Shown here: positions 37,236 to 38,732 of the stretch, piece by piece
Numbering within the stretch: position 1 is the first letter of the stretch
Layout of the letters: each line of letters begins with the position of its first letter
Assembly (NCBI GenBank): GCA_031372065.1
Contig: JANMKN010000198.1
Coordinates: 1 to 38,732 of the forward strand
Direction: 5' to 3'
Length of the DNA: 38,732 bases
Source of the DNA: Abditibacteriaceae bacterium
GTDB taxonomy: Bacteria; Armatimonadota; Abditibacteriia; Abditibacteriales; Abditibacteriaceae
Made by a program: the position numbers and the translations under genes
The notes under the pieces: model-generated
What the model was told of the DNA's origin: nothing
What the model saw: only the letters and a program-made list of their open reading frames with translations
The model's database searches: none

Positions 37236-37475
37236 TCAGAAGGCAAGTTTCCACGGGTTGTCAGCCACCGGCTTGGTCGTCACATTGGCAGGGCAACTGC
37301 CCGATTGGCAGCCGCACTGATCCGTGGGGCACACCTCCACGGGTGTCCCAACGGGCGTGCTGCGCGGCCACACGTCGGCAAAGTCCTGGGGCGACTTGGA
37401 TTGCGCGCCGCCGCAATCCGCACAGAGCGGCATCACTGTCACATTGCCCCCCAAATCCGGCGCTGGTCCAATCAT
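37236..37475 (-). CDS. Small Cys-rich protein (79 aa)
   Basis: Strong AAGGAG RBS; CADC and CPTDQCGCQSGSC motifs. Confidence 0.7.
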   Translation of the reverse strand: MIGPAPDLGGNVTVMPLCADCGGAQSKSPQDFADVWPRSTPVGTPVEVCPTDQCGCQSGSCPANVTTKPVADNPWKLAF

Positions 37476-37586
37476 GTCATTCTCCTTAAACTTCTCATTC
37501 TTCTCTTGCCCAAGGCTAACCCTGTCTTGGCTTTGTCGTTAGCCTTATCGAGCTTTATCGCTGACAGGAGTTCTGCCGACAGGAGT

Positions 37587-38204
37587 TTACCGTTGACAAG
37601 ACGGCGGGTTTGAACCCGGCTGCAACAGGAAGCTGAATTCGGCGGAGGCATTGCAACCATTGTCGTCTGTGGACGTGACCTCACCGCTATAAATCTGGTT
37701 ATAGTGGCACCCGCTGTAAACCGCCGTAGTAGTGCCCTGCCCGGAAGTCGGGGCGGGAGACCATACGATGTCGGTTAGTGGTCCGGTGCAATCCCCCACA
37801 TCAAGCGTCACATTCAGCGTATAGCCGCTCCCGGTTCGGTTCGTGGCCGCACAAGTCGTGCTTGGCGCGCATTCACAATACGAATCGTCCCATTCAATAG
37901 TAAAATCCGCAGGGCGACAATTACCTTCGTTATTGTAACCATCAACAACCAGACTGCCTGAGGGATCCGTGCCCTCAGGCACATGGCTCCAATAGGGCGC
38001 GATATAGCCGGGAACGCCCACGTTGTTTACGACTTCGCTCAAGTTCGTAATGGCGTTTTGGTCGGAAAACAGCGGATCACCAGTCAGGGTCACTTCATTG
38101 TCATTACAGGCCGGGTCATGGTTCATCGAGCCGGAAAGCCCTGTAATCGTCACAAGCCCGTAGACTTTGGCTTGGCATTGAACCGTAAGTGCGCGATGAG
38201 CCAT
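37587..38204 (-). CDS. Cys/Thr-rich beta-type protein (Ig/PKD-like C-terminus)
   Basis: GAGG upstream; W...SGQGT..A.Y and Y...VTSTDDNGC pattern. Confidence 0.7.
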   Translation of the reverse strand: MAHRALTVQCQAKVYGLVTITGLSGSMNHDPACNDNEVTLTGDPLFSDQNAITNLSEVVNNVGVPGYIAPYWSHVPEGTDPSGSLVVDGYNNEGNCRPADFTIEWDDSYCECAPSTTCAATNRTGSGYTLNVTLDVGDCTGPLTDIVWSPAPTSGQGTTTAVYSGCHYNQIYSGEVTSTDDNGCNASAEFSFLLQPGSNPPSCQR

Positions 38205-38286
38205 AGTGTTGGTTGTTCCTCTTTTGACTGAATCGATTAAGTCCGGTGTTCTACCCAGTCCTCGTCAAGGCTATTCCGTTAACCCC

Positions 38287-38637
38287 TCAATTACGCAGAG
38301 CGTTTTGCAGAGCCTTGGTTGCTAATGCCGCACAATGCTCTTTGCCCAGCGGCAAGCCGCCCAGCACCAGTTCCAAATCGCGCGGTTCAATCACTTGCGC
38401 TTGCTCTTTGGTTTTGCCCTCTACCCACTTCATCAGCCAACTACCGCAGGCGATGGCGGTCGGGCAGCCATAGGTCTCAAACCACGCCTCGCCAATTTGA
38501 TCGCCATGCCACTTCAGATAGACCTTCAAATACGGCCCGGCCCCTTCCAAGCCTTCCTGTCCCTCGGCATCGGCATCCGCCAAGGTGCCCCTGTGGTGCG
38601 GCTCCAGATAGTGTTCGGTCAAAAGCGAGGCGTTCAC
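38287..38637 (-). CDS. IscU/NifU_N-like protein, divergent
   Basis: HY..P...G, F.TYGC..AIA..S...WV.GK and LP..K.HC motifs; the first CGD motif is replaced by AGP. Confidence 0.88.
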   Translation of the reverse strand: MNASLLTEHYLEPHHRGTLADADAEGQEGLEGAGPYLKVYLKWHGDQIGEAWFETYGCPTAIACGSWLMKWVEGKTKEQAQVIEPRDLELVLGGLPLGKEHCAALATKALQNALRN

Positions 38638-38732
38638 GATAATTTCGATTGGTGAGTGCTGTTAAAGTCGGTCAAAATGCCCTCAAAATGAAAGCCTACA
38701 TATATAAATGCTTTTTTTGGGCATTTTGATAG

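Larger units (their letters stand above)
12513..38732. mobile_element. Putative tRNA-Pro-integrated island (ICE/IME-like); far end outside the window
   Basis: tRNA fragment at the boundary, an AT-rich shift immediately after it, relaxase-like and VirD4-like genes, and toxin/conflict cargo. No integrase seen in the window. Confidence 0.7.

Noticed and set aside
37236..37475. RiPP precursor peptide
   Set aside because: It is Cys-rich, but no radical SAM, LanM or YcaO enzyme is present in the window, so the call cannot be supported here.

Overview
Bacterial DNA in two parts. The host is tentatively Armatimonadota/Abditibacteriota-like, inferred only from gene content (DUF1559/H-X9-DG protein, PASTA kinase, MlaD with a C-terminal beta-rich domain). 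Part 1 (1-12470) is chromosomal backbone: a RyR + TIR gene pair, mlaEFD-rplI, ppa, a degenerate PknB-like PASTA kinase, an HD hydrolase and an amidohydrolase, with 7-bp and 21-bp periodic intergenic repeats. At 12471-12512 is the isolated 3' half of a tRNA-Pro(GGG), broken at the anticodon loop, which is a typical att-site scar. Part 2 (12513 to the window end) looks like an integrated, probably conjugative or mobilisable, island with all credible genes on the minus strand. It carries (i) a coupled papain-like protease + TIM-barrel/class III nucleotide cyclase operon, (ii) a replication-relaxation protein and a VirD4-like ATPase, (iii) an amidase-trypsin-EEP triple fusion, and (iv) an RHS polymorphic toxin locus. 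The RHS locus has three Cys-rich tips with membrane or secreted immunity candidates, repeated RHS stubs at each cassette boundary, a non-RHS carrier that keeps only a degenerate RHS cleavage motif, and upstream Cys-rich small proteins plus an IscU-like protein lacking its first Cys. All calls come from reading motifs by eye; no searches were run, so novelty is unverified.
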